A stretch of DNA of 64,000 nt from an uncultured Verrucomicrobiae bacterium (GCA_963836755.1 CAWIKF010000002.1:1632001-1696000), one strand, 5' to 3'. Positions 49,712-61,341 are shown, counted from the stretch's first letter. The notes: generated by a model not told the origin, from the sequence alone. Program-made: numbers and translations.

Positions 49712-49891
49712 GCGTGCAGATTTCAGCGGGTTAAATCGAAAACCGAAAGCCTGCAATTTGCAAATTTTTCGGCGAGCGAAAGCTGCTGCAAATCGGCGCA
49801 AATGAACTTGCCGTCAACTTTCAACCATGCGAAATAACCTGCGATTCGAGAGGCCCGACGACGAAGCGGACGCTGATCGAATCAGGAGAAT

Positions 49892-49964
49892 GCCAATGTA
49901 GCTCAGCTGGTAGAGCAGCTGATTCGTAATCAGCAGGTCACGGGTTCGAATCCCGTCGTTGGCT
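49892..49964 (+). tRNA. tRNA-Thr (anticodon CGT), CCA not encoded
   Basis: GCCAATG/CGTTGGC acceptor stem, TAGCTCAGCTGGTAGAGC D-arm, GCTGA-TTCGTAA-TCAGC anticodon arm, GGTTCGAATCCC T-arm. Confidence 0.96.
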
Positions 49965-49978
49965 CGCCTTTTGAGTAG

Positions 49979-50137
49979 CTAAATCACGCGAAGCAAAAGC
50001 AGGACGAGGATGATCACGAGGACCAATCCAAGCCCGCCGCTCGGCCCGTAACCCCAGCTGCGTGAATGCGGCCAGGTGGGCAGGGCGCCGACGAGCATGA
50101 GAATGAGGATGATGAGCAAAAGCAGGCTGATAGACAT
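49979..50137 (-). CDS. DUF3309 family small membrane protein, 52 aa (not in ORF track)
   Basis: MSISLLLLIILILMLVGALPTWPHSRSWGYGPSGGLGLVLVIILVLLLLRVI; GALPTWPHSRSWGYGPSGG is the family signature. Confidence 0.9.
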   Translation of the reverse strand: MSISLLLLIILILMLVGALPTWPHSRSWGYGPSGGLGLVLVIILVLLLLRVI

Positions 50138-50182
50138 TTGCTAAACGATTCGGAAGCGCAGCCGCTTGGGGACGTATCGCCG

Positions 50183-53100
50183 TCACGCCGGCTCGCGCAG
50201 AATTTCGCGAATGCCGCGGAGCGGAATCGGAAGCCACGTGGGGCGGTTGTTGAGCTCGTAGGCGACTTCATAGACAGCTTTTTCCAGCAGAAAAGCCTCG
50301 AGCAGCGCCTGAAGATCGCTGGGATCCGCGGGGACGAATGACGCGCCCTGCGCGCCTGCGAGATAACTTTGCAAAAACACCGCGCTGACGAAGCGCGCCC
50401 AACTTTCCGCCCACGGCTCGAGAAATGGCAGATCCTCAGCGCGAACGTTTGGCAGTTGCTGGGCGAGCGCGCTGTTCGCCGCGTAATGGAAAGAGCGGAT
50501 CATGCCGGCCACGTCGCGCAGCGGTGAGCGTTTCAATTTTCGTTCGCTCAGCGACCGCGATGGCTCACCCTCGAAATCTATGATGACGAAATCTTTGCCC
50601 GTGTTCAGCACCTGGCCGAGATGAAAATCGCCGTGCAGCCGCGTCTTCGTGGCGTTCATTTTTTGACGAAGCAACCGCGCCTGCCGTTGCAAAATCTCCG
50701 GCTCGGCCGCGAGAAACTCCAGCGCAGACGGACGCAGCGTCTCGTCGAGTTTCGGCAAATGCCGCTGCACGATTTGCATCGTGCGCCGCGTGAGACCGCG
50801 CATCGATTGATAAACGGAGCGTTGATAAAGCGTTGTGAACGGCTCCGGCGCGAAATTGGCATCGGTGGACTCATTCGCGAGCGCGAGGTGCATCTGCGCC
50901 GTGCGCAGCCCGAGCTGGCGGACGCGCGCGGGATAAACGCCACCGATGAGCTCCGTCAAAACCGGGCTCGCCGTTTCATTCGGCGCAAAAAGCGAAAGCG
51001 CTGGAAGGCTGCTGGCATCAGCCTTCGCGGCGAGCACCCGCTCGTAAAACCGGCTCACGGAATCGAGTGTGTAAGCCCATGCATCGCCTTCGTTCGGCAC
51101 CATTCCCAGCAGCAGCCCGAGCACGCGCGGCTCGTCGCCGTGATGCTGATATTCGATCGAGCCGCCAAACGGCGGGACGAATTCGAAGCGCTGTTTTTCG
51201 CTGAGAAAACGCAAAATTTCCGCGTCGGGATTCACGCCTTCCTCGAGTTTGCGGTAAAGTTTCAGGAAAAATTTGTCGCCGTAAATAATCGAGGAATTGC
51301 TTTGCTCGACTTTCAAGACACGCGACGTGAGCGGAATGTTTTTCTCGCCGAGATTCGTCAGTGCGCCGCCCGGAAAACCGGCAACGCTGCCTGCCAGGCC
51401 GCGCTGCGCCTTGGTTTGCGCAATGCAGCGCAAAAGATCCGCGCGCAAACGTTCGTCGTGAATTCCGTCAAACAAGACCGTTTCCACCGCGCCGTTGGCG
51501 AAGCGCGCGATGATTGCGTCGGGCGGCAACTGCCGCGCATCGGCGGCGGAGAGCATCTGCAACGGCAGCAGGTAAAGATCGCGTTCGCTGTCGACGTAAA
51601 CAAGCTCGAGCAGAAGCAACCGCGCCGAATCGGCACCGGGACTGAGTGGAATTGTTTCTGTGATTTCGACCGAACGAATCGCGCGCGTTTTGTTTCCAAA
51701 CCAGCGGCAGCGGGCGATGTAGCCGCGCAAAATTGTCTGCTCGAGCAACGTCCGCTGGTCGCCCTCGAGCAACCTTTCCCAAGTTGCACCGCCATCAAAA
51801 ACGGGCACTGCGGAATCGCCGCCCTGGACGGAATTCGCTCCTTCTCCTTGCAGCGCGAACCAGAAATGATCGTGCGGCCCGAGAGTCAAAACGTAAGGCT
51901 GGGCCTTGATCCTCGGGAATTTGTTCTGGCTGAAGAGTTCCGTTGGCACGAAGTCAGTGAACGCGGCAAGGTCGAGCTCCACGACCTGCGCGAACCGCGA
52001 AAGATTTACAACCACGAGCACAATCTCGTTTTCATACCGTCGCACAAACGCCAGCACTTTGCCGTTTTCCGGCAGGAGGAATTCGACGGTGCCGCGGCCG
52101 AACGCCTTGAATTGTTTGCGCATCGAAACGACGCGGCGCATCCACCAGAGCTGCGACGATAAATTGTGCTCCTGGTTTTCCACATTGAGCGCCTCGTAGT
52201 GATATTCGGGGTCGATGATGACCGGCAAAAAAAGTTGCTGCGGATTCGATTTTGAAAATCCGGCGTTCCGATCCGGACTCCATTGCATCGGCGTGCGGAC
52301 GCCATTTCTGTCGCCCAAATAAAAGTTGTCGCCCATGCCGATTTCGTCGCCGTAATAAATAATCGGCGTGCCGGGCAGCGAAAAAAGCAGCGTCGTGATC
52401 AGCTCGATTTTTCGCCGCGAACGCAGCAGTGGAGCCAATCGCCGGCGAATGCCGAGATTGATTCGCGCGCGCGAATCCTCGGCATACATGCGCCACATGT
52501 AGTCACGCTCCTCGTCGGTCACCATCTCGAGCGTGAGCTCGTCGTGGTTGCGCAAAAAAGTTGCCCACTGGCAATTTTCCGGAATTTTCGGCGTCTGGTC
52601 GAGGATGTCGATGATGGGAAAACGGTCCTCCATTTGCAGCGACATGAAGAGCCGCGGCATCAGCGGAAAATGAAAATTCATGTGGCATTCATCGCCATTT
52701 CCAAAATAGGCCGCGGCATCTTCCGGCCATTGATTCGCCTCCGCGAGCAGCATGCGGCCCTGGTATTTTTCATCCACGTGCGCGCGAAGTTTTTTTAGAT
52801 ACGCATGCGTCTCGGCGAGGTTTTCGCAGTTCGTTCCTTCGCGCTCGTAGAGATACGGAATGGCGTCGAGCCGCAGCCCATCGACGCCCATGTCCAGCCA
52901 GTAATCGAAGACTTTCAGAACCGCTTCGTGCACTGCGGGATTGTCAAAATTCAGGTCGGGCTGGTGCGAATAAAATCGATGCCAGAAATACGCTTTCGCG
53001 ACCGGATCGTAAGTCCAGTTCGAGTGCTCGAAATCTTTAAAAATAATTCGCGCATCGAGATATTTGTCGGGCGCCTCGCTCCAGACGTAAAAGTCACGCT

Positions 53101-53482
53101 CGGGCGAACCGGACGGCGCGCGGCGCGATTTTTGAAACCATGCATGCTGGTCGCTGGTGTGATTGATGACGAGTTCGGTGATCACGCGAAGCGAGCGTTT
53201 ATGCGCCTCGGCGAGGAATTCCTGAAAATCCTCAAGCGTCCCGTAGCTCGGATTTACCGCGAAATAATCGGCGATGTCGTAGCCGTCATCGCGCAGCGGC
53301 GAGGGATAAAACGGCAGCAGCCAGATCGCGGTGACGCCGAGCTCCTCGAGATAATCGAGCTTTTCGATGAGGCCGCGGAAGTCGCCGATGCCATCGCCGT
53401 CGGTGTCGAAAAACGCTTTGACGTGGAGCTGGTAAATTACCGCGTCTTTATACCAGTCGGAATTTTCGTGGAGCTTCGTCAT
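50183..53482 (-). CDS. treS: Trehalose synthase TreS fused to maltokinase (Mak/Pep2)
   Basis: [43 protein letters not shown]-terminal [30 protein letters not shown]. Confidence 0.95.
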   Translation of the reverse strand: MTKLHENSDWYKDAVIYQLHVKAFFDTDGDGIGDFRGLIEKLDYLEELGVTAIWLLPFYPSPLRDDGYDIADYFAVNPSYGTLEDFQEFLAEAHKRSLRVITELVINHTSDQHAWFQKSRRAPSGSPERDFYVWSEAPDKYLDARIIFKDFEHSNWTYDPVAKAYFWHRFYSHQPDLNFDNPAVHEAVLKVFDYWLDMGVDGLRLDAIPYLYEREGTNCENLAETHAYLKKLRAHVDEKYQGRMLLAEANQWPEDAAAYFGNGDECHMNFHFPLMPRLFMSLQMEDRFPIIDILDQTPKIPENCQWATFLRNHDELTLEMVTDEERDYMWRMYAEDSRARINLGIRRRLAPLLRSRRKIELITTLLFSLPGTPIIYYGDEIGMGDNFYLGDRNGVRTPMQWSPDRNAGFSKSNPQQLFLPVIIDPEYHYEALNVENQEHNLSSQLWWMRRVVSMRKQFKAFGRGTVEFLLPENGKVLAFVRRYENEIVLVVVNLSRFAQVVELDLAAFTDFVPTELFSQNKFPRIKAQPYVLTLGPHDHFWFALQGEGANSVQGGDSAVPVFDGGATWERLLEGDQRTLLEQTILRGYIARCRWFGNKTRAIRSVEITETIPLSPGADSARLLLLELVYVDSERDLYLLPLQMLSAADARQLPPDAIIARFANGAVETVLFDGIHDERLRADLLRCIAQTKAQRGLAGSVAGFPGGALTNLGEKNIPLTSRVLKVEQSNSSIIYGDKFFLKLYRKLEEGVNPDAEILRFLSEKQRFEFVPPFGGSIEYQHHGDEPRVLGLLLGMVPNEGDAWAYTLDSVSRFYERVLAAKADASSLPALSLFAPNETASPVLTELIGGVYPARVRQLGLRTAQMHLALANESTDANFAPEPFTTLYQRSVYQSMRGLTRRTMQIVQRHLPKLDETLRPSALEFLAAEPEILQRQARLLRQKMNATKTRLHGDFHLGQVLNTGKDFVIIDFEGEPSRSLSERKLKRSPLRDVAGMIRSFHYAANSALAQQLPNVRAEDLPFLEPWAESWARFVSAVFLQSYLAGAQGASFVPADPSDLQALLEAFLLEKAVYEVAYELNNRPTWLPIPLRGIREILREPA

Positions 53483-53628
53483 ACGGAAAAGAGCTGACAA
53501 AAATACAATCCCATTTCAGCGCGATGGTGGATGCTTTACCAAGCACGAACATTTCCGCGCGCCAGCACGAGGGGGGTTGACCGCTGCGGCATTCGCCGAC
53601 ATTGTTAACGGCCTTAACTAATTTTTGC

Positions 53629-54735
53629 ATGAACGTTTTCCGCAATTTATTTCTCTGCTTTTCGCTGCTGCTCTGCGCCTGCGGCAAAAAAGGAGGGCCG
53701 CCGCCATTCAGCATGGTTCGGCCCGTCACGGCGTCAAAAGCGGTCACGCGCGACGTGCCGATTTATCTCGATGAAATCGGAAATTGCACGGCGTTTGAAT
53801 CGGTAAATGTGCAGCCGCTGGTGACGGGGCCGATCACGGAAATTAAATTTGCCGACGGCCAGGAAGTCAAAAAAGGCGACGCACTTTTCACCATCGATCC
53901 GCGCCCGTATCAAGCGGCGCTCGACAAGGCGCAGGCAACGCTGGAGCAGGATCGCGCGAAGTCCGAATACGATCAGGCCCAGCTCAAGCGCAATGAGGAT
54001 TTGATCAGAAATAAAGTCACTGCGGCGCAGGATCTCGACTCCGCCCGCAGCACCGCGCAGGCTTCCCAAGCCCTGCTGGACGCCGATGCGGCGGCGGTTG
54101 AGACGGCGCGGATCAATCTCGGTTATTGCCACATCACGTCGCCGATCGACGGTCGCACGAGCAAGCGGATGGTCGATCTGGGCAACGTTGTTTCGCCGCA
54201 AATCGTGCTGCTGCTCATCCAGCGACAGGATCCGATTTACGTCGATTTCACGATTCCTGAAAGCGCGCTGCCTCGCGTGCGAAGTTTCATCGCCGCGGGC
54301 ACTCTGAAAGTTGAAGCAAGCTTCGCGGACGACCCGTCGAAAAGCCGCGTGGGCGGTTTTGATTTTCTCGACAGCGGCATCCAGCAGGCCAGCGGCACCG
54401 TGCGCATGCGCGCGATTTTAAAAAACGATGACCGACTTTTCTGGCCGGGGCAGTTCGTGAATGTCCGCATCCTGCTCGACACGATTCAAAACGCGGTGCT
54501 CGTGCCAAATGAAGCGGTGCAGATTGGCACGCAAGGGCCTTTCGTTTTCGTCGTGAAAGCGGATAACACCGTGGAACTGCGCCCGATCAAAACCGGACAG
54601 CGTCAGGGCGATGACGTGGTGATCGCGTCGGGTGTAAAACCTAACGAAACGGTAGTTGTCACTGGTCAGCTCGCGCTCGCGCCGGGCGGGAAAGTTGCGA
54701 TCGTCCCGACTGCGCCGGCGGCCGCGCAGCTTTAG
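53629..54735 (+). CDS. RND efflux periplasmic adaptor (MdtA-like lipoprotein)
   Basis: LCAC lipobox; GQEVKKGD.LF.IDPRPY; I.SPIDG; PGQFVNV. Confidence 0.92.
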   Translation: MNVFRNLFLCFSLLLCACGKKGGPPPFSMVRPVTASKAVTRDVPIYLDEIGNCTAFESVNVQPLVTGPITEIKFADGQEVKKGDALFTIDPRPYQAALDKAQATLEQDRAKSEYDQAQLKRNEDLIRNKVTAAQDLDSARSTAQASQALLDADAAAVETARINLGYCHITSPIDGRTSKRMVDLGNVVSPQIVLLLIQRQDPIYVDFTIPESALPRVRSFIAAGTLKVEASFADDPSKSRVGGFDFLDSGIQQASGTVRMRAILKNDDRLFWPGQFVNVRILLDTIQNAVLVPNEAVQIGTQGPFVFVVKADNTVELRPIKTGQRQGDDVVIASGVKPNETVVVTGQLALAPGGKVAIVPTAPAAAQL

Positions 54736-54738
54736 AAA

Positions 54739-57700
54739 ATGGCGAACAGCTTATCCGCACCATTCATCCGGCGGCCGGTGATGACGATGCTCCTCACCGT
54801 CACGGTCATTCTTTTCGGCATCATCGCGTTCCAAAAACTGCCGGTGAACGATTTGCCGGCAGTCGATTTCCCCGTCATCAACGTCAGCGTCAGCTATCCC
54901 GGCGCGACACCCGAGACGATGGCGAACAATGTCGCGACGCCGTTGGAAAAACAATTTCTGCAGATTCCCGGCCTCGACGTCATCACGTCTTCGAGCACGC
55001 AAGGCAACACGACTTTGACGCTGCAATTTGTGCTCAGCAAAAGCGTCGACGCCGCCGCGACCGACGTGCAGGCGTCGATCAATCAGGCCAGCGGCAGCCT
55101 CCCGCTCGACCTGCCATCGCCGCCGACTTTTACAAAGTTTAACCCGAACGATCAGCCGATCATTTACATCACCCTGACGAGCGACTCGTTGCCCGAAGGC
55201 CCGCTCTACGACTACGCGCAGAGCGAAATCGCGCAGCGGATCAACATCGTGCCCGGCGTGTCGCGGGTCGATATTTTCGGCTCAAAAGCGGCGATTCGAA
55301 TCAAGGCAGATCCGTCGAAACTCGCGGCGCGCGGGCTGACGGTGGACGATCTCGCAAAGGCGATTCAAGGCGGCACGAGCTATCAAGGCGCAGGCCAGTT
55401 TGACGGCAAGAACCGGACGTTTTTGCTGCAGCCGCAAGGACAGCTGACCAACGCGAAGGATTACGACAACTTGATCATCGGCGAGACGAAGGGTTCGCCG
55501 GTTTATTTGCGCGACGTCGCGAAGGCCGTTGATTCGCTTCAGGACGAACGGCAGGCGCGGCATTTTTGGTTCCGCGGCCACAACGTTCCGCCGACAAATA
55601 TCGTTCTCGCCGTTTCGCGCCAGGCCGGCGCGAACGCAGTGGCGACTGCGCGCGCGGTGCGCGACTTGTTGCCGGAGTTTCGCCGCGAATTGCCCGGCTC
55701 GATTCAGCTCATCCCGGTTTACGACCGCTCGATCACGATTCAAAACTCCGTTAACGACGTGAAAGAAACGCTCGTCATTGCGTTCGTGCTTGTTGTCTTG
55801 GTGATATTTCTCTTTCTCGGCCGCGCGAGCGATACTTTGATTCCAGTCGTCGCGCTGCCGATGTCGATGCTGCTGACTTTCATCGCGATGTATTGCCTCG
55901 GCTATTCGATCGACAATCTCTCGCTGCTCGCGCTCACGCTTTCGATAGGATTTCTCGTCGATGACGCGATTGTTTTTTTGGAAAATGCAGTGCGCCGCAT
56001 GGAAGGCGGAGAGACTGCGATGCAGGCCACGCTCAACGGCGCGAAAGAAATTTCGTTCACGATTTTGTCGATGACGCTTTCGCTCGCAGCGGTTTTCATC
56101 CCGCTCGTCTTCATGCCGGGATTGCTCGGCCGGCAGCTGCAGGAATTTGCCGTCACGATCATCATCGCGATCATCGCCTCGGGCGCAGTCTCGCTTTCGC
56201 TCACCCCGCTGATGTGTTCGCGAATGCTGGCGCGGCACGAAAATAAAACGCACAAGCCGTGGATGGAGCGGCAGGCGAATCGCGTGCTCGGCGGAGTGAT
56301 TTCGCGCTATGGCCGCACGCTCCATTTTTTCCTGGAGCACAAATGGATTTCCGCAGTCGCGTGGATCGTCTGTTTACTCGGCACCATCATTTTGTTTAAC
56401 GCCGTCCCAAAGTCGCTTTTGCCGACCGGCGACAGCAGTTTCATCCGCGGAATTTTTCAGGCGCAGGAAGGAACTTCACCGGACAAGATGCATGAGTATC
56501 AGAACAAAGTTGACGCCATTTTGCGCGACGATCCGGCCGTGGACATCGGGATCACGGTCTCTGGTTTGACCGGCCGAGTTTCTTCCTCGCAAGCGTTCAC
56601 GCTCGGGTTTTTGAAGCCGCCGGATGAGCGCGCGCCGATCGAAGCCGTGGCTGGCAGGCTGATGCAAAAAATGTCGCAGATTCCCGGGATCATGGCGTTT
56701 TTGCAGGCGAATCCTGTGCTGCAAATCAGCACCGGCGCAACCGCGACGACGCAGGGAAAATTTGCGTATTCGATCAGCGGGATCAATGCGGGCGAAGTCT
56801 ATCGAACGGCTGGCGAATTGATGGGCAAGCTGCGGGCGTATCCCGGTTTTCTCTTCGTCAATTCCGATCTCAAGCTCGACGCTCCGGATCTCGAAATCAG
56901 CGTCCTGCGCGATCAGGCGTCGAGTTACGGCGTGACCGATCAAACCGTTCTCGATGCGCTGCGAAACGCGTATTCACAGAACTACGTTTACCTCATCAAA
57001 AAAGCGACCGACGAATATCAGGTCGTTGTCGAGGTGAAGGACAGCGAACGGATGAATCCACAGGATCTCGCCAAACTTTATGTGCGCTCGAAAACTGGCG
57101 CGCTCGTGCCGCTGAACGCCGTCGCGACTTGGAAAGAAACGCTCGGGCCGCAGTCGGTCAACCACATCAATCAATTCCCGAGCGTCACCTTTTTCTTCAA
57201 CCTCGTGCCCGGCGCAGTCATTGGCGACGCGACAAAGTTCGTCGAAAAAACTGCGGCGGAAACTTTACCGCTAACCGTCAAAGGATCGCTGCAAGGTGAA
57301 GCACAAGTGTTCAAAGAAACGATCGCCGCGCTTGCTGTGCTGATGATCTTCGCTGTCTTCGCGATGTATGTGATTCTCGGCATTCTCTACGAAAGTTATG
57401 TGCACCCGATCACCGTGCTGACCGCGCTCCCGGTCGCCACCGTCGGCGGGCTTGCGACATTGCTGCTTTTCGGTCAGGAAGCTTCACTTTACGCATACGT
57501 CGGCATGTTTTTGCTAATTGGAATTGTTAAAAAGAACGGGATCATGATGATCGACTTCGCGCTGCAGCGCATGGCCGACGGTCTCAACCGCGTGGATGCG
57601 GTGCACGAGGCGTGCCTCGAGCGTTTCCGGCCGATCATGATGACGACGTTCGCTGCGTTGATGGGTGCGGTGCCGCTCGCGCTCGGCCACGGCGCGGACG

Positions 57701-57915
57701 GAAAATCGCGCATGCCGCTCGGTCTCATCATCGTCGGCGGGCTTGTCGTGTCGCAGCTTATCACGCTCTACGTCACGCCGGCGCTGTTTTTATATATGGA
57801 AGCGTTCCAGGAAAACGTGCTCGATAAATACGCATTCTTCCGCTCGCACCGCGTGCGGCATGTGGACATCGCGCACGATGCAGCGCCGCCGGAACCGCCG
57901 CCCGCGCTTGCGTAG
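54739..57915 (+). CDS. RND efflux permease (MdtB/MdtC-like)
   Basis: FIRRPV, VDDAIV, GIVKKNGIMMIDFA, RFRPIMMTT. Confidence 0.94.
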   Translation: MANSLSAPFIRRPVMTMLLTVTVILFGIIAFQKLPVNDLPAVDFPVINVSVSYPGATPETMANNVATPLEKQFLQIPGLDVITSSSTQGNTTLTLQFVLSKSVDAAATDVQASINQASGSLPLDLPSPPTFTKFNPNDQPIIYITLTSDSLPEGPLYDYAQSEIAQRINIVPGVSRVDIFGSKAAIRIKADPSKLAARGLTVDDLAKAIQGGTSYQGAGQFDGKNRTFLLQPQGQLTNAKDYDNLIIGETKGSPVYLRDVAKAVDSLQDERQARHFWFRGHNVPPTNIVLAVSRQAGANAVATARAVRDLLPEFRRELPGSIQLIPVYDRSITIQNSVNDVKETLVIAFVLVVLVIFLFLGRASDTLIPVVALPMSMLLTFIAMYCLGYSIDNLSLLALTLSIGFLVDDAIVFLENAVRRMEGGETAMQATLNGAKEISFTILSMTLSLAAVFIPLVFMPGLLGRQLQEFAVTIIIAIIASGAVSLSLTPLMCSRMLARHENKTHKPWMERQANRVLGGVISRYGRTLHFFLEHKWISAVAWIVCLLGTIILFNAVPKSLLPTGDSSFIRGIFQAQEGTSPDKMHEYQNKVDAILRDDPAVDIGITVSGLTGRVSSSQAFTLGFLKPPDERAPIEAVAGRLMQKMSQIPGIMAFLQANPVLQISTGATATTQGKFAYSISGINAGEVYRTAGELMGKLRAYPGFLFVNSDLKLDAPDLEISVLRDQASSYGVTDQTVLDALRNAYSQNYVYLIKKATDEYQVVVEVKDSERMNPQDLAKLYVRSKTGALVPLNAVATWKETLGPQSVNHINQFPSVTFFFNLVPGAVIGDATKFVEKTAAETLPLTVKGSLQGEAQVFKETIAALAVLMIFAVFAMYVILGILYESYVHPITVLTALPVATVGGLATLLLFGQEASLYAYVGMFLLIGIVKKNGIMMIDFALQRMADGLNRVDAVHEACLERFRPIMMTTFAALMGAVPLALGHGADGKSRMPLGLIIVGGLVVSQLITLYVTPALFLYMEAFQENVLDKYAFFRSHRVRHVDIAHDAAPPEPPPALA

Positions 57916-57978
57916 CCGCATTTCGTCGCGACGGAATTTTGCTGCTGCAATCGCCCCGGGTTTGCGCAGAATCAGGGC

Positions 57979-58623
57979 ATGCAGAAAAGTCTCATCGGCT
58001 GTCTCCTCGCGGTATTTGCCGCGCTCATCATCGCCGTCATTCTCGCCGTCGTCAGCGGCATCGGAATTTACAATCACCTCGTGGGCCTCTCGCAAAGCGT
58101 CGATGCGCAATGGGCGCAGGTCGAAAACGTCTATCAGCGCCGCAACGACCTCATCCCGAATCTCGTCAACACCGTGTCGGGCTCGGCCAATTTTGAAAAA
58201 TCGACCCTGACCGAAATCACGAATGCGCGCGCATCGGTGGGACAGTTGAAAATCGACCCGAACAGCGCGCCGACCGATCCACAGAAGCTCGCTCAGTTTC
58301 AACAGGCGCAGGAACGTCTCGGCGGCGCGCTCTCGCGATTGCTCGTCGTCGTAGAACGCTATCCCGATTTGAAATCGACGACGAACTTTCGCGATTTACA
58401 AGCCGAGATCGCGGGGACTGAAAACCGCATCGCCGAGCAGCGGCGGCAATTCAACGAAATCACGCGGAGCTACGATACCGCGGTGAAAAGTTTTCCGACC
58501 GTCTTCTTCGCGCGAATGCTCGGCTTTCAACCAAAGCCTTATTTTCAGGCGACTGCGGGCTCCGAAGTTCCGCCAAAAGTCAGCTTCGATTTCAGCGGCG
58601 CGACGCCGGCGCCCGCGCACTGA
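57979..58623 (+). CDS. lemA: LemA family protein
   Basis: YN.LV, W.QVEN.YQRR.DLIPNLV, ERYPDLK, GTENRI, FP. Confidence 0.95.
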   Translation: MQKSLIGCLLAVFAALIIAVILAVVSGIGIYNHLVGLSQSVDAQWAQVENVYQRRNDLIPNLVNTVSGSANFEKSTLTEITNARASVGQLKIDPNSAPTDPQKLAQFQQAQERLGGALSRLLVVVERYPDLKSTTNFRDLQAEIAGTENRIAEQRRQFNEITRSYDTAVKSFPTVFFARMLGFQPKPYFQATAGSEVPPKVSFDFSGATPAPAH

Positions 58624-58683
58624 AGTTTGATTCCATCGCTCTCTCGCGGATAAAGCACCGATCAAACGTTGGTTTTCCCATCC

Positions 58684-59508
58684 ATGTTTCATCCGTCTCA
58701 ATCGCTCGCGAAAATCTTCGCCTTTATTTTTCTCACCGGCTTCGCGCGGGCTGAGACGCTCCCGGCCGCACCGCAACATTATTTTAACGACTACGCGCAC
58801 GTCGTCAGCGCGCCGGTCGCGCAGCAACTCAACTCGCAGCTCGAGCAATTTGAGCGCGACACTTCGAATCAAATTCGCGTCGTCATTTTTCCAAAAATGC
58901 AAAGCGATGATTCGGTGCAGAGCTACACGCTGCGCCTCGCGCAGGCATGGGGAATCGGGCAGAAAGAGGTTTCCAACGGCGCCGTCCTTTTCGTTTTCGT
59001 GCAAGACCATCAGATGTTTTTGCAAGTCGGCTACGGCCTCGAAGGCGCGCTCACCGACGCGCTCTGCAAAGACATCATCTCCGACCAAATCGCGCCGCGT
59101 TTCAAGGCCGGGGACTACGATGGCGGCGTGCGCGCTGGCGTGAACTCAATCCTCGCTGCGACGCGCGGCGAATACAAAGGGACCGGTCGCACGAATGCCG
59201 AGACGCGCGGTGCGGCGAATGGCGGCCCGTGGTGGCTGAACTTCATCGTCAACCACTTCTTCCTCGTTTTTATTCTCCTGGTCCTCCTCCTGCATCTGCG
59301 CCGCCGCCGCGGTTCCACTTACAATTCGCGCGGCGCTTCGCACCCGTTCCTGCGCGGGATGTTCACCGGCTGGTATCTCTCCGGCGGCGGTGGCGGAGGC
59401 GGATGGAGTTCCGGTGGGGCGGTGGATTTTCCGGCGGAGGCGGCGGCGGATTTTCGTCGGGCGGTGGAGGTGGATTCGGCGGCGGCGGCTGCGGGAGGGA
59501 GCTGGTAA
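58684..59508 (+). CDS. TPM domain membrane protein (YgcG-like) with Gly-rich tail
   Basis: DYA.VVS, WGIGQK..NG, VGYGLEGALTD, P.FK.GDY, ends GGSW; tail contains a frame-shifted segment. Confidence 0.9.
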   Translation: MFHPSQSLAKIFAFIFLTGFARAETLPAAPQHYFNDYAHVVSAPVAQQLNSQLEQFERDTSNQIRVVIFPKMQSDDSVQSYTLRLAQAWGIGQKEVSNGAVLFVFVQDHQMFLQVGYGLEGALTDALCKDIISDQIAPRFKAGDYDGGVRAGVNSILAATRGEYKGTGRTNAETRGAANGGPWWLNFIVNHFFLVFILLVLLLHLRRRRGSTYNSRGASHPFLRGMFTGWYLSGGGGGGGWSSGGAVDFPAEAAADFRRAVEVDSAAAAAGGSW

Positions 59509-59510
59509 AC

Positions 59511-59945
59511 ATGCATCCGCTCGATTTTTTGCGGCAGCTGGAAGATGGAAAAATTGTCGGCGCGATCGGCGACGCAGAATCACGCACGAGCGGCCAGATT
59601 AGCGTCTGGATTTCGCAAAGAAACGTCAGCGACCCAGTCGCAGCGGCGCAGCGGCGATTTAAAAAACTCGGAATGGCGAAGACGAAAAATCGCAGCGCCG
59701 TGCTGCTCTACTTCGCGCCGCGCGCGCGCAAGTTCGCGATCATCGGCGACACCGGCGTCCATGAAAAATGCGGCGCAGAATTCTGGTCAAAACTTGCGGC
59801 GCAGCTCACGCACGACATCCATGAAATGCCGATGACGGATGCGATCATAAACGCGATCCGCACAGTCGGCACGCTGCTGGCCGCGCATTTTCCGCATAGG
59901 CGCGGCGGCGCGAATGAGCTACCAGACAAAGTTGGCCGCGATTGA
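59511..59945 (+). CDS. TPM domain protein (short partner of LemA/TPM)
   Basis: AI..AE.RTSGQI, T..R.AVLLY, IIGD.G, HFP, NELPD. Confidence 0.88.
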   Translation: MHPLDFLRQLEDGKIVGAIGDAESRTSGQISVWISQRNVSDPVAAAQRRFKKLGMAKTKNRSAVLLYFAPRARKFAIIGDTGVHEKCGAEFWSKLAAQLTHDIHEMPMTDAIINAIRTVGTLLAAHFPHRRGGANELPDKVGRD

Positions 59946-60000
59946 TCCAGTAAAGAAAATCTTACCGCAAAGCTGCGGGCAGTTTACGATTATTCCGGTG

Positions 60001-61341
60001 ATGAAATACCCCGAGCTTCCGCCTTTCGACCACCAGCCGCAGCTTTACGATGGGCCGTCGGCGGAGGATGTGCTGGCGCGGCGCCGGCAGGTTTTGAACC
60101 CCGGAATTTTTCTCTATTATCAAAAGCCGCTCATGCTCGTGGAAGGCCGCGCGCAGTATGTTTACGATGAAAAAGGAAAGCGCTATCTCGATGCGCTCGG
60201 CGGGATCGTGACGGTGAGCGTCGGGCATTGTCATCCGCACGTTGTCGCGGCGGCGCATCGGCAAAACGAGCGCCTGCAGCATTCGACGACGATTTATCTG
60301 CACCCGAACATCGTCGAGTATGCGGAAGCGCTCGTGGCGAAAATGCCGGGCGAGCTGAAAGTGGTTTATTTCGTCAACTCCGGCTCGGAGGCGAATGACC
60401 TCGCGTTGCTGATGGCGCGGGCTTTCACGGGAAATTACGACGCGATTGCGCTGCGCAATTGCTACCACGGCGGCAACATGTCGGCGATGGGGCTGACGTC
60501 GCATCACACGTGGAAATACAACGTGCCGCACAGCTTCGGCGTGCATCACGCGCTCACGCCTGATCCGTATCGCGGCGTGTGGGGCCGCGACGATGCGGAC
60601 GCGGGGAAAAAATACGCGGCGGATGTGCAGAGTTTGATCGATTACGCGACGCCCGGAAAGCTCGCGGCGTTCATTGCGGAGTCGATCCAGGGCGTCGGCG
60701 GCTGCATCGTGTTTCCGGACGGGTATTTAAAAAATGTTTACGCGCACGTTCGCGCCGCGGGCGGCGTCTGCATCGCCGATGAAGTCCAGGCGGGCTTCGG
60801 CCGCACCGGCTCGAACTTTTGGGGTTTTGAAACGCAGGGCGTCGTGCCCGACATCGTCACGATGGCCAAAGGCATCGGCAACGGCGCGCCGCTCGCGGCA
60901 GTCGTCACCACGCCGCAGATCGCGCAGACACTCGCGCAGCGCATCCATTTCAACACCTTCGGCGGCAATCCCGTCGTCTGCGCGCAAGGCAAAGCCGTGC
61001 TCGAAGTCATCGAGCGCGAGGGTTTGCAAAACAATTCTGCGCAGATCGGCGCGCGCATTTTTGCGGGTCTCGAAAAGTTGCGCGACAAGCACAACATCAT
61101 CGGCGACGTGCGCGGCAAAGGCCTCATGCTCGGCATCGAGCTCGTGAAAGATCGCGCGACGAAAGAGCCCGCGAAACCGGAATGCGCGCAGGTCGTCGAG
61201 CGCTGCCGCGACCTCGGTCTGCTGCTTGGCAAAGGCGGACTTTGGGGCCAGACGATTCGCTTCGCGCCGCCGATGTGCATCACAGAAGCCGACGCGGACT
61301 TTCTGATCAACGCGCTCGATTGCGCCTTCGCCGGATTATGA
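60001..61341 (+). CDS. Class III aminotransferase, AGXT2/PYD4-like
   Basis: [65 protein letters not shown]. Confidence 0.9.
   Translation: MKYPELPPFDHQPQLYDGPSAEDVLARRRQVLNPGIFLYYQKPLMLVEGRAQYVYDEKGKRYLDALGGIVTVSVGHCHPHVVAAAHRQNERLQHSTTIYLHPNIVEYAEALVAKMPGELKVVYFVNSGSEANDLALLMARAFTGNYDAIALRNCYHGGNMSAMGLTSHHTWKYNVPHSFGVHHALTPDPYRGVWGRDDADAGKKYAADVQSLIDYATPGKLAAFIAESIQGVGGCIVFPDGYLKNVYAHVRAAGGVCIADEVQAGFGRTGSNFWGFETQGVVPDIVTMAKGIGNGAPLAAVVTTPQIAQTLAQRIHFNTFGGNPVVCAQGKAVLEVIEREGLQNNSAQIGARIFAGLEKLRDKHNIIGDVRGKGLMLGIELVKDRATKEPAKPECAQVVERCRDLGLLLGKGGLWGQTIRFAPPMCITEADADFLINALDCAFAGL

Noticed and set aside
49843..49883. gattcga...tcgaatc inverted repeat upstream of the tRNA as an ncRNA
   Set aside because: Only a 7-bp stem with no match to an RNA family I recognise; likely tRNA leader
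49892..49964. tRNA-Thr as an integration site
   Set aside because: No integrase and no duplicated tRNA 3' end noticed; flanking genes look like backbone
50621..52162. 513-aa plus-strand ORF
   Set aside because: Antisense to treS-mak; shadow of biased codon usage
58947..59510. 5' extension of ORF 58947..59945 as a fused protein
   Set aside because: It is the alternate frame of the TPM gene; the second TPM protein starts at ATG 59511
59946..60000. Purine riboswitch upstream of the uricase operon
   Set aside because: Spacer is only 55 bp, is filled by a promoter-like motif and lacks the aptamer consensus
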